Shown here: in pieces, positions 61,792-64,000 of the stretch | Layout of the letters: every line of letters begins with the position of its first letter | How positions within the stretch are numbered: position 1 is the first letter of the stretch | Source: a virus | Taxonomy: Duplodnaviria; Heunggongvirae; Uroviricota; Caudoviricetes | Direction: 5' to 3' (one strand) | Virus record (IMG/VR): IMGVR_UViG_2713896798_000008 | DNA: 64,000 nucleotides | Position numbers and translations under genes: made by a program | The notes under the pieces: model-generated | What the model saw: the letters and a program-made list of their open reading frames with translations, nothing else | What the model was told of the DNA's origin: nothing | The model's database searches: none

Positions 61792-63354
61792 TTACAGATC
61801 AACTTTCCAGGGCAACAGATCGCGTACCCGGTTTGCCGGCCAGTCCTGGATATGTTCAATGACGTAACGCAGCCACTTTTCTGGCTCCACATTGTTCAGA
61901 CGGCATGTGCCGATCAGCGAGTACAACACCGCCGCATGTTCACCACCGCTGTCGGAACCCGCGAACATCCAGTTTTTCCGGCCTACGGCCACTCCCCGTA
62001 AGGCGTTCTCTGCGATGTTGTTGTCGATTTCCACCCAGCCATTACTGCAGTACACGTTCAGTGCATCCCACTGTTTCAGCAGGTATGCGAACGCTTTTGC
62101 CGTATCTGAGTGACGCGACAGTGTTTTCATCTGTTGCTGTATCCAGTCATACAGTGACTGCATCAGTGGCGCGGCTCTGGCTTTTCTTGCCGCCAGACGC
62201 TGTTCTGCTGAACAGCCCCGGACCTCTGCCTCGATGGCATACAGTTCACCGATACGCTGCAGGGCTTCCGTGGTGATGTAGGTGGGCGCTCTTGCATGCA
62301 CATCGTGGATTTTTCTCCGGGCATGAGCCATACACGCGGCTTCCGTTATTCTGCCGGATTCGTATAACGCCCGGTAACCACCGTAAGCATCGGCCTGAAG
62401 CACACCGCTGTAACCGGCCAGGTGATTTTGTGGATGGATACCTTTCCGGTCCGGACTGTACGCGAACCAGACCGCCGGGGGCATCTGTGAACCGGCGTTA
62501 CGGTCATCACGGACGTAGACCCACAGCCGGGCTGTCCGGGTTTTACCGCTGCCCGGCTCCTGGACCGGGACGGGGATATCATCAGCATGGACTTTACCGG
62601 GCATCAGCACATACTGGCGCAGGACGTCATACAGCGGCTCCAGCAGTTCAGCAACAGCACCTGTCCAGCGCCCCAGTGTGGCACGGCTCAGCTCCACTCC
62701 CTGACGACGGTATATTTCTGACTGGCGGTATAACGGCAGATGGTCTGCATATTTCCCGGTGACAACATGGGCCAGAAGCCCCGCTCCGGCATAACTGCGT
62801 GCAATGGGTTTTGAAGGTACTGGTGCCTGCACGATATGGTCGCACCGGCAACAGGCCTGTTTCGGACGTTGTGTTTCGATAACCTTAAAGGCGCTGCTGA
62901 TAAGCTCCAGTTGCTCTGACACATCACATCCCAGAGAACTGAGTTCACCACCACAGGCAGGACAGCATTCCTCTTCCGGCCGGATAACCCGGGTTTCACG
63001 GGGAAGTGAGGCCGGTAACGGTTTACGGGCTGAAGACTGGCGCAGGGCGGATGGCAGTACCGGGTCATATTGCTCACCCAGCGTTTCCGCCATTTCTTCC
63101 TGAAGTGCGCTGATTCGCTCCTGTGCTTCCTGTATCTGCCGTTCGGTTTTTGCACGAAGTTTTTCTGAGCTTTTACCGAACTGCATACGTTGCAGTTTCG
63201 CAACCAGCGCCTTCAGCCGGTTGATTTCGGAAGCATAAGCCGCCACCCGCTGTGAGAGCAGGCGGTTGTATTCAGCCATCTGGCGGATGGTGTCCTGTTG
63301 CGTCTGCAACAGTGCCCGCAGGCGGGCGTTCTCATGAGCAAGTGAGGTGTCCAT
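61792..63354 (-). CDS. tnpC: IS66-family transposase TnpC (second copy; stop codon supplied by the neighbouring IS end)
   Basis: 520 aa; stop codon lies inside the inverted repeat of the first element. Confidence 0.85.
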   Translation of the reverse strand: MDTSLAHENARLRALLQTQQDTIRQMAEYNRLLSQRVAAYASEINRLKALVAKLQRMQFGKSSEKLRAKTERQIQEAQERISALQEEMAETLGEQYDPVLPSALRQSSARKPLPASLPRETRVIRPEEECCPACGGELSSLGCDVSEQLELISSAFKVIETQRPKQACCRCDHIVQAPVPSKPIARSYAGAGLLAHVVTGKYADHLPLYRQSEIYRRQGVELSRATLGRWTGAVAELLEPLYDVLRQYVLMPGKVHADDIPVPVQEPGSGKTRTARLWVYVRDDRNAGSQMPPAVWFAYSPDRKGIHPQNHLAGYSGVLQADAYGGYRALYESGRITEAACMAHARRKIHDVHARAPTYITTEALQRIGELYAIEAEVRGCSAEQRLAARKARAAPLMQSLYDWIQQQMKTLSRHSDTAKAFAYLLKQWDALNVYCSNGWVEIDNNIAENALRGVAVGRKNWMFAGSDSGGEHAAVLYSLIGTCRLNNVEPEKWLRYVIEHIQDWPANRVRDLLPWKVDL

Positions 63355-63373
63355 ATCCTCACTTTACAACGGG

Positions 63374-63721
63374 TTATATGCGGATTCCAGCGCGTTCCGT
63401 TCGTTTCGGGTGCTTCCAGTTGATACCTTCAAGAAGCATGGATAACTGAGCCGGAGTAAGGTGCACCTTGCCGTCACGGGTGACTGGCCAGACGAAGCGG
63501 CCCCGCTCCAGGCGTTTGGTGAAGAGGCACAGTCCGTCACTGTCAGCCCACAACACTTTTATCTGGTCACCCCGGCGTCCGCGGAAGATGAACAGGTGTC
63601 CGGAGAACGGGTCATCCTTCAGGACGTTCTGAACTTTTGATGCCAGGCCGTTAAAGCCATTTCGCATATCGGTGATACCTGCAACCAGCCAGATACGCGA
63701 ACCTGCAGGGAGAGATATCAT
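63374..63721 (-). CDS. tnpB: IS66-family TnpB (second copy)
   Basis: 115 aa, MISLPAGSRIWLVAGITDMRNGFNGLA. Confidence 0.9.
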   Translation of the reverse strand: MISLPAGSRIWLVAGITDMRNGFNGLASKVQNVLKDDPFSGHLFIFRGRRGDQIKVLWADSDGLCLFTKRLERGRFVWPVTRDGKVHLTPAQLSMLLEGINWKHPKRTERAGIRI

Positions 63722-64000
63722 CAGTGGCTGCTCCCTTTTATTTCGCGGATAAGTGTCTGTAATAACGCCGGCGTCAGTTTACCTTTAAGCCTGAGAGTTC
63801 CGGCCGGCAGAACCAGCTCACAACACAGACTGTCGGACGGTGTATTTATCTGCTCTGGTTCCTGTGCGGGGGCCGGGATTTTATTATCCGGCTCCGGCGT
63901 TAACGTCACGGGAAGCAGTGCCGGCATATTTTTTCCGGAAGGCAGCAGGCCACCTTTCCGGTATTGATGGCGCCAGTTGAAGAGCAGGTTATCGTTGATT
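63721..64000 (-). CDS. tnpA: IS66-family TnpA (second copy), 5' end truncated by window edge
   Basis: Frame stays open upstream of the annotated M to position 64000 (…LLFNWRHQYRKG…). Confidence 0.7.
   Translation of the reverse strand, partial: INDNLLFNWRHQYRKGGLLPSGKNMPALLPVTLTPEPDNKIPAPAQEPEQINTPSDSLCCELVLPAGTLRLKGKLTPALLQTLIREIKGSSH

Larger units (their letters stand above)
59355..61795 (-). mobile_element. IS66-family insertion sequence, complete (about 2.44 kb)
   Basis: Imperfect terminal inverted repeats gtaagcgtgcagc... at 59355 and ...gctgtacgcttac ending 61795; three ORFs tnpA-tnpB-tnpC. Confidence 0.75.
61796..64000 (-). mobile_element. second IS66-family element, partial (right end abutted by first IS; left end beyond window)
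   Basis: tnpC-tnpB-tnpA set about 60-70 percent identical in protein to the first element; no own right inverted repeat. Confidence 0.7.

Overview
The window is almost entirely temperate-phage DNA from an Escherichia-type chromosome, most likely an attaching/effacing E. coli lineage. No CRISPR array, rRNA gene or clearly novel multi-gene defence system was found; the unresolved loci are listed in findings. All family assignments are from reading the translated ORFs against remembered protein families, with no database search run. (1) About 330-45110: an apparently complete lambdoid prophage in inverted orientation, with late genes on the minus strand. From left to right it carries an nleC-like effector (frameshifted), a collagen-repeat side tail fibre, lom, a lambda-like tail module (J, I, K, L, M, H, G/T, V, U, Z), a head module (ClpP-type protease/capsid fusion, portal, W, terminase), a phage-21-type lysis cassette, nanS-p esterase, tRNA genes, a DNA methyltransferase, Q with pR'/tR', RusA, a DUF968/Rem pair, a Doc-family toxin module, nin-like small genes, DnaC-like and O-like replication genes with iterons, a cro/cI immunity region, a RecE-like exonuclease, xis and int. 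The late region has the layout of an Stx-converting phage but carries no stx genes. (2) About 45200-59300: a Qin-like defective lambdoid remnant (ydfK, pin invertase with tfa and an stf fragment, J and Nu1 fragments, a lambda-type cos, gnsB, csp genes, lysis genes, Q, ydfU, rem, hokD, relBE). (3) 59355-64000: two abutting IS66-family elements, the second cut by the window edge. Many start codons are approximate because the ORF track reports GTG/TTG starts as M.
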